From positions 1-39,176 of the forward strand of contig DAOUBB010000023.1 in NCBI GenBank assembly GCA_034432955.1: a stretch of 39,176 nucleotides of DNA, in the 5' to 3' direction. Of this stretch, positions 9,097-20,035 are shown one piece after another. The notes beneath the pieces are model-generated. The model was not told where the DNA came from. It worked only from the letters and a program-made list of their open reading frames with translations, and made no database searches. The stretch's first letter is position 1; every line of letters begins with the position of its first letter. This DNA comes from Anaerolineae bacterium. Its GTDB lineage: Bacteria; Chloroflexota; Anaerolineae; DUEN01. The translations under genes were made by a program, and so were the position numbers.

Positions 9097-10827
9097 TCAG
9101 TCTTCAATCCAGAGCCGCCAGAAGTCCACACTGATGTCGCCGAAGTACTTGAAGCCTTTCACTCGCTTATTGTAGGCCACCAGGTTCGGCAACACATAGA
9201 TGGGGATGCCGGGGATGTCCTCCATGATCATGCGCTGCAGCTCTTTCAGGATGCGCGCCCGCTCCTCTTCATCCACAGTGCGGCGCACCTGTTCGATCAA
9301 GCTATCCACCTCAGGGTTCTTATAGAAGTCGCACGACTGGAAGCTGCCGCCGGTGGGCCGATCCCAGGTGGGGGAATACCACTGCTCGCGGAACCACACG
9401 TCGGGCAGCGGCCCACTGTCCACGAAGATCATGGAGATGTCGGGGCCCGTCTCCGGCTTCCCACAGGCAGCCACCATATCCGGCCACACTTTAGGGATCA
9501 TGTTGAGCTTGATGTTGAACTTGGACAACTGGTCCAGCAAGATGAGGCCGGCCTGCTCCTCGAAGGTCAACCCCGTGACATAGACGAAATTGAGCTCGAT
9601 GCCGCCATCTTTGTACGGGGTCTGGTTCAGGGCCTCGCGGGCCTTCTCCAGATCGTACCGGTACACCGGCTGCACGTTGGGGTCGTGATAGGCGATGCCG
9701 TCCGGGATGGGGCCGACCAGGAGCTTGCCCAGCCCCCCCAGCGACTGAATGTAGCCCTCGTAGTCGAAGGCATACGCCAGGAACCGCCGGAAGTTGACGT
9801 CGGCCGTGGGACCTTTCTGGTTGTTCAGCTTGAAATAGCCGGCCAGCGTGCCGTAGTTGACCTCGCAGACGTACCCCGGCGTGTTGTTGATGAGCTCCAC
9901 GTCTTCGGTGCCGATGGTGTCGGCGAAGTCCACTTCGCCGGCCAGAAGGGCGATCCGCCGCTGCGGCGTATCCCGGATAATCCGCCAGGTGAACCCGGCC
10001 AACCGCCCCCGGCCTGGCCAGCCCTGCCAGTAGTCCGGCACAGCCTCGAGCGAGTAATGGTCCCCGATCTGCCATTCTTTGATGACGAACGGCCCAGAGC
10101 CGGCCTCATGCTCGATCAACCATTTCTCGCCCTCATCCCCGCCTACTTCATGATCCTTGACCACCTTGGGGTTCATGATCCACTGCTCCTGATACGCGAG
10201 CAGGCGGGGGAAATCGCCATACGGCTCGTTCAAAACCATCCGGACCGTGTAGTCATCCACCACTTCAATGTTCTTTTCCTCCAGCAGGCCTAGCAGGAGG
10301 TTCGAGCGCTGTCGTTGAAAGCGCAGGGTGCGGCCGTAGGAGTACTTCACCGCCTCAGCGGTCACAGGGGTTCCGTCGTGAAAGACCGCCTTGTTCGTCA
10401 GATGGAAGACCCACTCGCGGGCGTCATCGGATCCCTCCCAGCGCTCGCACAGGCAGGGCTCGATCGGCCGCGGGAACCCACCCTCAAAGCGGAAGAGGCG
10501 GTCGTAGAGCTGCCTCCCCACCGCGCCGATGGAGTAGTCCGTGCGGTCCGAGGGGTCCAGGGTAGGGACGTCCTGGCCGCCGCTGTAGATCAACCACTGG
10601 GGTTCGATGGCCGCTGGGGCCTCTGGCTTAGGCGTGGCAGTCGCGGCTTCCGGCGTGGCCGGCGCAGCGGGTGTGGCTGGGGCAGGGGCGGGAGCGCAGG
10701 CGGAAGCGATCGCCTGGAGTCCGACCAGCCCCGCCACGGCTGCTACGCCTTGCAGAAACTCGCGGCGGCTGATACTCCCCTGACGATACTGCTCCCAAAG
10801 TGTGTCAAGACTGCGGGATGCCATAGT
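9097..10827 (-). CDS. ABC transporter substrate-binding protein, family 5 (peptide/nickel), with a Tat signal.
   Basis: SRREFLQGVAAVAG twin-arginine motif, an Ala/Pro-rich linker and an SBP_bac_5-like body (~570 aa). GAGGAGGAG RBS before ATG at 10827 (MASRS..). Confidence 0.85.
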   Translation of the reverse strand, partial: TMASRSLDTLWEQYRQGSISRREFLQGVAAVAGLVGLQAIASACAPAPAPATPAAPATPEAATATPKPEAPAAIEPQWLIYSGGQDVPTLDPSDRTDYSIGAVGRQLYDRLFRFEGGFPRPIEPCLCERWEGSDDAREWVFHLTNKAVFHDGTPVTAEAVKYSYGRTLRFQRQRSNLLLGLLEEKNIEVVDDYTVRMVLNEPYGDFPRLLAYQEQWIMNPKVVKDHEVGGDEGEKWLIEHEAGSGPFVIKEWQIGDHYSLEAVPDYWQGWPGRGRLAGFTWRIIRDTPQRRIALLAGEVDFADTIGTEDVELINNTPGYVCEVNYGTLAGYFKLNNQKGPTADVNFRRFLAYAFDYEGYIQSLGGLGKLLVGPIPDGIAYHDPNVQPVYRYDLEKAREALNQTPYKDGGIELNFVYVTGLTFEEQAGLILLDQLSKFNIKLNMIPKVWPDMVAACGKPETGPDISMIFVDSGPLPDVWFREQWYSPTWDRPTGGSFQSCDFYKNPEVDSLIEQVRRTVDEEERARILKELQRMIMEDIPGIPIYVLPNLVAYNKRVKGFKYFGDISVDFWRLWIED

Positions 10828-11115
10828 TCTCCTCCTCGATGGTTTGAAAGGGCGGTAAACAGAGGGGGTGAAACCGTTGAACGAAAGCATGGCATGGAAA
10901 CAAAAAAGGTGCTTAGCTCGGACCGCCCATGTCCGAAATCCGCTCTCACAGGGTAGACACCCCGCTCAGGGTCACGATCATAGAGCACGTCCTGAGGCGG
11001 ATGAAGCACCTTTGCTACTACAAATTGTAGCAGGAAACAGCCCCTTGTCAAGAGCCGTCCGTGACACGGCACTCGCCCGTTGACTGGATGAGCGCCGCCC
11101 GTTGAGCAACCGGAA

Positions 11116-11144
11116 TTGACATCTCTCCCCGTTTCGTGTACCCT
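11116..11144 (+). promoter_or_regulatory. Sigma70-like promoter TTGACA-17-TACCCT for the GH-A hydrolase gene.
   Basis: Exact TTGACA at 11116-11121 with a 17-nt spacer and TACCCT at 11139-11144. This places the predicted transcription start downstream of the GTG at 11136, which argues against the longer ORF-track start. Confidence 0.5.
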
Positions 11145-11207
11145 GATGTTGCCTCAGGTCCAGGGCGAAAGAGGTTTTGCGTCTGTCAGTATGGAAAGGA
11201 ACCTAGA

Positions 11208-12509
11208 TTGAGCGAACAGAAATCTACCAGGGCGTTGACTCGCGGGCGAATGATCCTCAGCCTGACGTTCAGCGCTGTGTTGCTGGTGACCACCAGCCTG
11301 TGGATTAGCCGCGCCCTCGTGGAGGATCCAGGCGCCGGCAAGATCCCGGTGAATGGACAGAGCCCTGGCGCCCGACGGCCTTACACGCCGACGCGCTCCG
11401 CCACAGCCCTCGCGGCCAACCAGGGCCATACGGCGTTCCTGCCGGCGATTCTCAGCAACCCGCCGTCGGCCAGTGGCCTGTCCCTCACCTCGACACCCAC
11501 ATCGCCTCCGCGGCGAACGCCGCGGCCCACCCGTAAGCCCACCCCCACACCGGAGCCGCTCAACCTACGGACGGACCTCCCGGCGCTAAGCCTGCGCGAT
11601 TGGCCGCGCCCGGCCGGCGACAACGGCCGTTGTATGCACTTTCTGCCCGTGGCCTATTACGAAGGGGTGGACCTGGACCTCCAGATCGGCCGCCTGAAAG
11701 AGCTGGGGGTGAAATGGGCGCTGGTGATCTACGGCGATGAGATCCAGCTTGAGCGGCTGGCCCCGCGCTTTCGCGACGCCGGCATCATGGTGGTCTGGCG
11801 CAAAGGGCTGCGCGCCAACGAGCGTTACTTCGGCTGGGGACGCGACGTCGAGCTGTTACAGCGCCTGGGCCTGCCCCCCTACATGCAGCTTTACAACGAG
11901 CCATCCCTCTCGGCGGAATGGGGCAAAGGGGAGCCCGATTTCGATGACTTCCGCGAGAACATCCTGCAGGCTGCGCGTGACGTCTACAACGCTGGCGGAT
12001 ATGTCGGCCTGCAATTCGTGTCGGATGAGTGGCTGCGGCTGACCCTGCGGGCGATCAAAGAGCGCAGAGGCGAGGCCATCTTCGGGCGCATGTTCTTCAT
12101 CCCGCATCCCTACGGGCTAAACCACCCTCCAAACTACACGGAAGATCCCAATGGGGTGTTGGGCTTTCGGCACTTCGCCCAGATCCTGCAGGAGGAGATC
12201 GGCTTCGTCCCGCCGATGATCGCCGGCGAGGGCGGGTGGAAATTCAACGCCTCAGACGATCACCGGTTCCCGCGAATTGACGACGCCCTCCATCGCGATT
12301 ACCATATAGAGGTGTTTAACTGGTTCCGCACCGGCAAGCTCTCGGATGGCACGGACCTGCCCGACTATCTGTTCGCCTTTTGCCCGTGGCTGCTCTCCGC
12401 CAAGCTGGACGACAGCGCCTGGTACGATTCCTTTGCCGGCCCGCGCACAGCCACCATCGAGGCAGTCAAGGCCATCCCGCCGTTTGTGCGGCGCTTCTCC
12501 TGGGATTAG
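11208..12509 (+). CDS. Membrane-anchored clan GH-A (GH5-like) glycoside hydrolase with a Pro/Thr-rich linker. Start is TTG 11208 or ATG 11250.
   Basis: N-terminal signal-anchor (ILSLTFSAVLLVTTSLWI), a PT-rich linker (TSTPTSPPRRTPRPTRKPTPTPEP), and a catalytic domain with an NEP acid/base motif (LYNEPS) and a later GEGGW candidate nucleophile. Confidence 0.6.
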   Translation: MSEQKSTRALTRGRMILSLTFSAVLLVTTSLWISRALVEDPGAGKIPVNGQSPGARRPYTPTRSATALAANQGHTAFLPAILSNPPSASGLSLTSTPTSPPRRTPRPTRKPTPTPEPLNLRTDLPALSLRDWPRPAGDNGRCMHFLPVAYYEGVDLDLQIGRLKELGVKWALVIYGDEIQLERLAPRFRDAGIMVVWRKGLRANERYFGWGRDVELLQRLGLPPYMQLYNEPSLSAEWGKGEPDFDDFRENILQAARDVYNAGGYVGLQFVSDEWLRLTLRAIKERRGEAIFGRMFFIPHPYGLNHPPNYTEDPNGVLGFRHFAQILQEEIGFVPPMIAGEGGWKFNASDDHRFPRIDDALHRDYHIEVFNWFRTGKLSDGTDLPDYLFAFCPWLLSAKLDDSAWYDSFAGPRTATIEAVKAIPPFVRRFSWD

Positions 12510-12564
12510 TGCCACCGGCCCTGCGGGGCTGAATCCCTGAACCACGAGGAGAAAGGGCATTCTC

Positions 12565-13500
12565 ATGAGCAAAATCCTGGTTACCGGCGGCGCCGGATTC
12601 ATCGGCTCTCACGTCGTCGACGCGCTCATCAGCGCCGGACACGAGGTCATCGTCGTAGACAACCTGACCACGGGGAAGCGGGAAAACGTGAACCCCCAGG
12701 CGAAGTTTTATCAGGTGGACATCCGACATCAGGAAGCGGTGGAAGAGGTGTTCGCCGTCGAGCGGCCGGAGGTGATCTCCCATCAAGCAGCGCTGGCGAA
12801 CGTGCGCCATTCGATGGAACAGCCTGTCACCTACGCCGAGGTGAACGTCCTGGGTTCCATCATCCTGCTGGAGATGGCGCGCCAGTACGGATGCCGGCGC
12901 TTCATCTACGCCTCGACAGGGGGCGCCGTCTACGGCGAACCGGAGTTTCTGCCCGTCACAGAGGACCACCCGATCAATCCGCTCGACCCATACGGCGCCA
13001 GCAAGCACGCCGTCGAGCACTACCTGTTCCTGTATCGGCACAACTACGGCCTGTCCTACGCCAGCCTTCGCTATCCCAACGTTTACGGGCCGCGCCAGGA
13101 TCCGTTGGGCGAGGCGGGCGTGGTGGCCATCTTTACCGGCCTTATGCTCCAGGGCAAGCAGCCGACGATCAACGGCAGTGGGGAACAGCAGCGCGACTTC
13201 GTGTATGTGGGCGACATCGCCCGCGCCAACCTGCTGGCCCTGGAACGGGGCGAGGGGATCTACAACATCGGCTCGGGCATTCCCACTGATGTTAACACCA
13301 TTTTTGCCGAATTGAAGGCCGCCACCGGTTACCCCGGCGAGGCTCACTACGGCCCACCCAAGCTCGGCGAGGTGTTTCGGATCTACCTGGATGCCAGCAA
13401 AGCACAAAGAGAACTGGGCTGGGAGCCGACGGTCAGCCTGAGAGAAGGGCTGGCGCGCACGGTCGAGTTCTTTCGCCAACAGACTGTGCTGAAGAGCTGA
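12565..13500 (+). CDS. galE: NAD-dependent epimerase/dehydratase (UDP-glucose 4-epimerase GalE family).
   Basis: TGGAGFIGSH Rossmann motif and YxxxK in YGASKHAVE. 311 aa. AGGAGAAAGGG RBS. Confidence 0.8.
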   Translation: MSKILVTGGAGFIGSHVVDALISAGHEVIVVDNLTTGKRENVNPQAKFYQVDIRHQEAVEEVFAVERPEVISHQAALANVRHSMEQPVTYAEVNVLGSIILLEMARQYGCRRFIYASTGGAVYGEPEFLPVTEDHPINPLDPYGASKHAVEHYLFLYRHNYGLSYASLRYPNVYGPRQDPLGEAGVVAIFTGLMLQGKQPTINGSGEQQRDFVYVGDIARANLLALERGEGIYNIGSGIPTDVNTIFAELKAATGYPGEAHYGPPKLGEVFRIYLDASKAQRELGWEPTVSLREGLARTVEFFRQQTVLKS

Positions 13501-13528
13501 CCGCTCGTACCAGTTGGAATGAATAGCG

Positions 13529-14470
13529 GTGCGGATCGCGCTCAACGGTTGGTTTTGGGGACAGACGGGCACCGGCAGCGGCCAGGTGCTGCACGGGCTG
13601 GTTCGGTGGTTGCCTCGCGTCTCCGCGGATGACAGCCGTTGGCTGATCCTGCCCGGACACGCGCCGGCCGTGACGACCGCGCCAGGCTGGCAGGTGGCGC
13701 GCCTGGCCACCCCGCTGGATCGCCTGCACGCCGACCTGGCTAAGGTGTGGTTTGAGCAGATCGCCTTTCCCCTGGCCTGTCATCGCCTGCGCGTGGACGT
13801 GGCCCACGTCCCTTACTGGGGCTCACCGTGGTGGCGGCCGTGCCGCATCGTCGTCACGGTGCATGACCTCATCCCGTTGCTCCAGCCCGAATACCGCGGT
13901 GGCCCTCTACAGCGGCTCTACACAGCCCTGGTGGTCCACACTGCTCGCCGCGCTCACCTTATCCTGGCCGATTCCGAAGCCTCACGCCAGGACATCATCC
14001 GCCATCTGCACGTGCCGCCCAAGCGGGTGCGTACCGTCTACCTGGCGGCAGACGAACGCTACGCCCGCCCGCTCACCGCCGACGACCTTCGGCGAGTACA
14101 AGAACGTTACGCTCTCCCTGAGCGCTTCATCCTCCACTTCGCCGGCTTCGACGTGCGCAAGAACGTCCGGCGCGTGCTGGAAGCCTACGCCCGATTAGTG
14201 CAGCAGGGTCGGCATCGCGGTGTGCCGCTGGTGATCGCCGGCCGCCTGCCCGCTCACGACACCCCATTCACCCCCGACCCGCGCCGCATCGCCCGCGAGC
14301 TGGGCGTTGAGGCGTGGGTTCACTGCCCCGGCTGGATCGCTGAAGAGGACAAGCCGGCCCTGTACGCGCTGGCCGAGGTGTTCGTGTTCGTCCCCACTTA
14401 CGAAGGGTTCGGCCTCCCCGCTCTAGAAGCGATGACCACCAGCCTTACACGGCCGATGGCCACTGAATAG
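13529..14470 (+). pseudogene. GT4 (GT-B fold) glycosyltransferase, C-terminally truncated. The ORF stops ~15 aa after the EGFGLPALEAM motif.
   Basis: GT4 N- and mid-domain features are present, but the usual ~80-100 residues after EX7E are missing. The stop is followed immediately by an AT-rich segment. Confidence 0.5.
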
Positions 14471-14486
14471 AATCTGACAAAATACC

Positions 14487-14515
14487 TTCCCAAATCAACT
14501 TAAATGTGGTATAGT
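14487..14515 (+). promoter_or_regulatory. Extended -10 promoter (TTCCCA-17-TGgTATAGT) for the SPFH gene, inside an unusually AT-rich island (14466-14530).
   Basis: TGnTATAGT at 14507-14515 and TTCCCA at 14487-14492, read from the sequence. Confidence 0.5.
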
Positions 14516-14569
14516 TGACGCGAAAGACCTCGCCAAGGTCGCGGGATGGTGCCAGTTCTGGCTTGGGGC

Positions 14570-14591
14570 GGTGAGATGCTTTCATCTCACC
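14570..14591 (+). promoter_or_regulatory. 5'-UTR stem-loop GGTGAGATG-cttt-CATCTCACC abutting the AGGAGG Shine-Dalgarno (14592-14597) of the SPFH gene.
   Basis: Perfect 9-bp inverted repeat seen in the sequence. The ATG is at 14604. Confidence 0.5.
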
Positions 14592-14603
14592 AGGAGGCAT
14601 AGG

Positions 14604-16130
14604 ATGAACGCCTGGTTATCTCCGGCCCCTCTTGGGCGCCCCGTCCCTCGATGGTTATTGGGGGCGCTCCTGCTGGCATTAGCTGTGGGGAGCGTGGCGG
14701 TCCTGAGGATCGGGCCGCCGCGATGGGTGGTCTTTCTGCTGGTGGCCATCATCGGGTCTGTGCTGATCGCGCCCTCGCATCGGCTTATCCTCCTGATCCC
14801 GTTGATCTTCCTCACAGGCGGTGGGTTGGTCTTTGATCTGATCCCCCTGCTCTGGCCTGTGGATGAGCCTATGCGCGTCGAGCTGGCCCAGCGCGCCGGC
14901 AGCGTGGCGGTACTCTGGCTTCTCAGCACCTTGGGGATCGCCGGGATCGTGGCGGTAGCCCTCGCCGCGCTAGCGCTCCTCAGCAGCGAGCTGATCCTCA
15001 CCATGCATCCCGTTGGCGAGCTCGGCCGGGGCGCGGTCATGTTCCACCTCCTGGCGATGGCCCTGGGCATTTCAGGGGGATGTCTCGTGGTGGAGAACGG
15101 CGAGGTCAAGCAGAAGAAGGATGGTGCCCTGCGCCTCCTGGGTGGCCCCGGGCTTCTGGTCATACGGCCATGCCATGCAGCCGTCCTGGAGCGCGGTGGC
15201 CGCATCACTGGCATCATGGGACCGCACGTCCACCAGCTCAGGCCCTTTGAGCGAGTGCGGGGGGTGATCCGGCTCGAGCCCAGGCTGCTGATGGTAGACC
15301 TCCGCAGCGTGCTCACGGCGGATGGCCTCGCGGTGCCGCGGGTACTGGCCAAGGTCGGTTATCGCTTTCCTCCCGCCGGCGATCAGGGCGAAGGAGATGG
15401 GCGATTCACAGGCACCCTTCGCGATGACCTCTATCCGACGCGGCGCGAGGATTTGAGGAAAATGTTGGAGATCGAGCCAGATCCAGCGAAATGGGACAAA
15501 GCCGTCGAGACGATCGCCGTCATGGCCATTCGCGCGGTCATCGGCCGTCACACCCTCGAGGAGCTCTTCCCTCTGGATCGGGAGCCTGTTTCGGCCATCG
15601 GGGAGGAAGTCAGCGGTCCCTACGACCTCCTGTCATCGGAGGCACAACAAGAGTGCCTCACGCGAACAGCGAACTGGGGCATTGAAATCACCATGCTTCG
15701 GCTGGACTCGATGGACCTGCCAGAGGAGCTCCGCAGTCGGGCTCTGGCGCCATGGGTGGCCGAACGGGAGAAAGTGCTGAGCCTGGCGCAAGGGGAAGCA
15801 GACGCCAAGCGAGAGCGCGCTTTTGAGGCAATTCGTCTACAGGCAAGAAGAAAAGCGGTAAGGGAGTTTATGGACCGACTCTCTGAGCTTTATGAAGGCA
15901 GCAAGATCCCGCCCGAAGCCACCCACCGCCTCGCCAGCCTGATTGTGAACCTGGTCACGTGCTTCGCCGAAGACACGGCCCAAGGCATGCGGCTTATCAG
16001 CGCCCTTGAAAAAGCGGTAGAAGGCTCTCAAGTTCTCATCTCGGTCGGGCTGCCCCCGCCCGTATTCCCGGCATCGCCAGGGAGACCGGAGAGAGAGGTC
16101 ACGGAACCTGGCGTGGAATCCCATCAATGA
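14604..16130 (+). CDS. Multi-TM membrane protein with a C-terminal SPFH/band-7 (stomatin/HflKC/flotillin-like) domain.
   Basis: About four N-terminal hydrophobic helices, then SPFH-like segments (GIMGPHVHQLRPFERV..., AIRAVIGRHTLEELF, WGIEITMLRLDSMDLPEEL) and a coiled-coil tail. AGGAGG RBS. Confidence 0.65.
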   Translation: MNAWLSPAPLGRPVPRWLLGALLLALAVGSVAVLRIGPPRWVVFLLVAIIGSVLIAPSHRLILLIPLIFLTGGGLVFDLIPLLWPVDEPMRVELAQRAGSVAVLWLLSTLGIAGIVAVALAALALLSSELILTMHPVGELGRGAVMFHLLAMALGISGGCLVVENGEVKQKKDGALRLLGGPGLLVIRPCHAAVLERGGRITGIMGPHVHQLRPFERVRGVIRLEPRLLMVDLRSVLTADGLAVPRVLAKVGYRFPPAGDQGEGDGRFTGTLRDDLYPTRREDLRKMLEIEPDPAKWDKAVETIAVMAIRAVIGRHTLEELFPLDREPVSAIGEEVSGPYDLLSSEAQQECLTRTANWGIEITMLRLDSMDLPEELRSRALAPWVAEREKVLSLAQGEADAKRERAFEAIRLQARRKAVREFMDRLSELYEGSKIPPEATHRLASLIVNLVTCFAEDTAQGMRLISALEKAVEGSQVLISVGLPPPVFPASPGRPEREVTEPGVESHQ

Positions 16131-16353
16131 CGTGAGTCGGCCGCCTGCGCCTGGATGCGGAAGGCTCGTACTCCAGGCCGAACGCGGCGGCCACGGAGCG
16201 TATCGCGGCCTCAAAGCCGCGGCGATACAAACGCATCTCCAGAGAGTCTATTTCGCCGGCAACGTCCAGGTTCGCCATATCCACAGCCTTCAGGGTTTGC
16301 AGGATCTCGTCTTTGAACCAGATGTCAAGGCCTGAGTTGTCGCGATACGCCAT
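16099..16353 (-). CDS. Hypothetical small protein (84 aa), convergent with and overlapping the 3' end of the SPFH gene by 32 nt.
   Basis: GGAGGT RBS 5 nt before the ATG, and strong GC3 codon bias consistent with real coding. No recognisable family. Confidence 0.4.
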   Translation of the reverse strand: MAYRDNSGLDIWFKDEILQTLKAVDMANLDVAGEIDSLEMRLYRRGFEAAIRSVAAAFGLEYEPSASRRRRPTHVIDGIPRQVP

Positions 16354-16587
16354 ACCTACCTCCGTCATCGGGATGGGGATGTCGCCATTGTACCCCAGGA
16401 AGCTGGTTTGTCAAGGCTCTTCCGTTCGGCAGCGAGACCGGGACTTGTGAAGCCGCTACGAGCCCATGTGGGCTCAGGGTGCCCTCGGGGGAGCAGGAGT
16501 ACTGTCACGCAGGGCTGCTTTCCAGACCGCAAGTAGAACGCATGTTCTAAACATCGCCCATTCTACCACTGGAGAATCGGTTTGTCA

Positions 16588-17451
16588 ATGGCTAATAAGG
16601 ACTATGTAGCCCTCGAATCCACCGTCATCTCCCACGGCCTACCGTGGCCACAGAACCTGGAGGTGGCGCGCCGACTCGAACGGACGGTGCGCGAGGCCGG
16701 CGCCGAGCCGAGAACCATCGGCATTATCGCCGGCCAGGTGCGCATCGGCCTGACCGACGCGGAGCTGGAACGCCTGGCGCGTGCCCGCGAGGTGCGTAAG
16801 GTCAGCCGCCGCGATCTGCCGCTGGTTGCCGCGCGGAAACAGGACGGGGCAACCACCGTCGCCGCCACCATGTACCTGGCGGCCCGCGCCGGCATTCCAG
16901 TGTTCGCCACCGGGGGCATCGGCGGCGTTCACCGCGGCCAGCCCTTCGACGTGTCCGCGGACCTGGAGGAGCTGGCACAGACGCCGGTGTGCGTCGTGTG
17001 CGCCGGCGCCAAGGCTATCCTCGATCTGCCTCTGACGCTGGAGGCCCTGGAAACGCGGGGCGTGCCGGTGATCGGCTTTCAGACGGACGAGTTTCCGGCT
17101 TTTTACTCGCGCTCATCCGGGCTGCCAGTGGATCAGCGGGTGGACACGCCGGGCGAGGTCGCCGCCATCTTTCGTGCGCAGCGCGAGCTCGGCCTGCCGG
17201 GCGGGATGCTCGTCGCCGTGCCGGTGCCGACGGAAGCTGAATTGCCCAGGGAGCGCGTGGAGCCGGCCATCGAGCAGGCGCTGGGCGAGGCAGAAGTCCG
17301 TGGTGTGCGCGGCAAGGCTCTGACGCCGTTCCTGCTGGCGCGCGTGGCCGCGCTGACGGGGGGGGACGCGCTGCGCGCCAACATGGCCTTACTGGAGAAC
17401 AACGCCAGGGTTGCCGCGCAGATCGCGGTGGCTCTGGGACAATCGTGGTGA
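16588..17451 (+). CDS. psuG: Pseudouridine-5'-phosphate glycosidase (IndA/PsuG family).
   Basis: The whole protein aligns to PsuG hallmarks (ESTVISHGLPWPQN, GGIGGVHRG, CAGAKAILD). No adjacent pseudouridine kinase. Confidence 0.85.
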   Translation: MANKDYVALESTVISHGLPWPQNLEVARRLERTVREAGAEPRTIGIIAGQVRIGLTDAELERLARAREVRKVSRRDLPLVAARKQDGATTVAATMYLAARAGIPVFATGGIGGVHRGQPFDVSADLEELAQTPVCVVCAGAKAILDLPLTLEALETRGVPVIGFQTDEFPAFYSRSSGLPVDQRVDTPGEVAAIFRAQRELGLPGGMLVAVPVPTEAELPRERVEPAIEQALGEAEVRGVRGKALTPFLLARVAALTGGDALRANMALLENNARVAAQIAVALGQSW

Positions 17452-17513
17452 AGCCAGGCGCCGGATTCCAGCCGGCGCCTGGCGTGTTGCTCTTGTTGTC
17501 TCGGCGACTCGGG

Positions 17514-20015
<2,502 letters not shown>

Positions 20016-20035
20016 CTTTCAAACCTCATTCGCTC

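Noticed and set aside
8767-10293. 508-aa ORF on the + strand, antisense to the peptide binding-protein gene. Similar long ORFs lie at 559-1788, 5699-7399, 18465-19622, 19030-19962 and 27069-27842.
   Set aside because: All lie fully inside strongly supported opposite-strand genes. Their translations are Arg/Ala/Gly/Pro-rich low-complexity sequence typical of antisense frames in high-GC DNA, and they show no family resemblance.
11136-11207. GTG start at 11136 for the GH-A hydrolase, as in the ORF track.
   Set aside because: It lies inside the TTGACA-17-TACCCT promoter, so it would be untranscribed. TTG 11208 and ATG 11250 precede a signal-anchor and fit the leader better.
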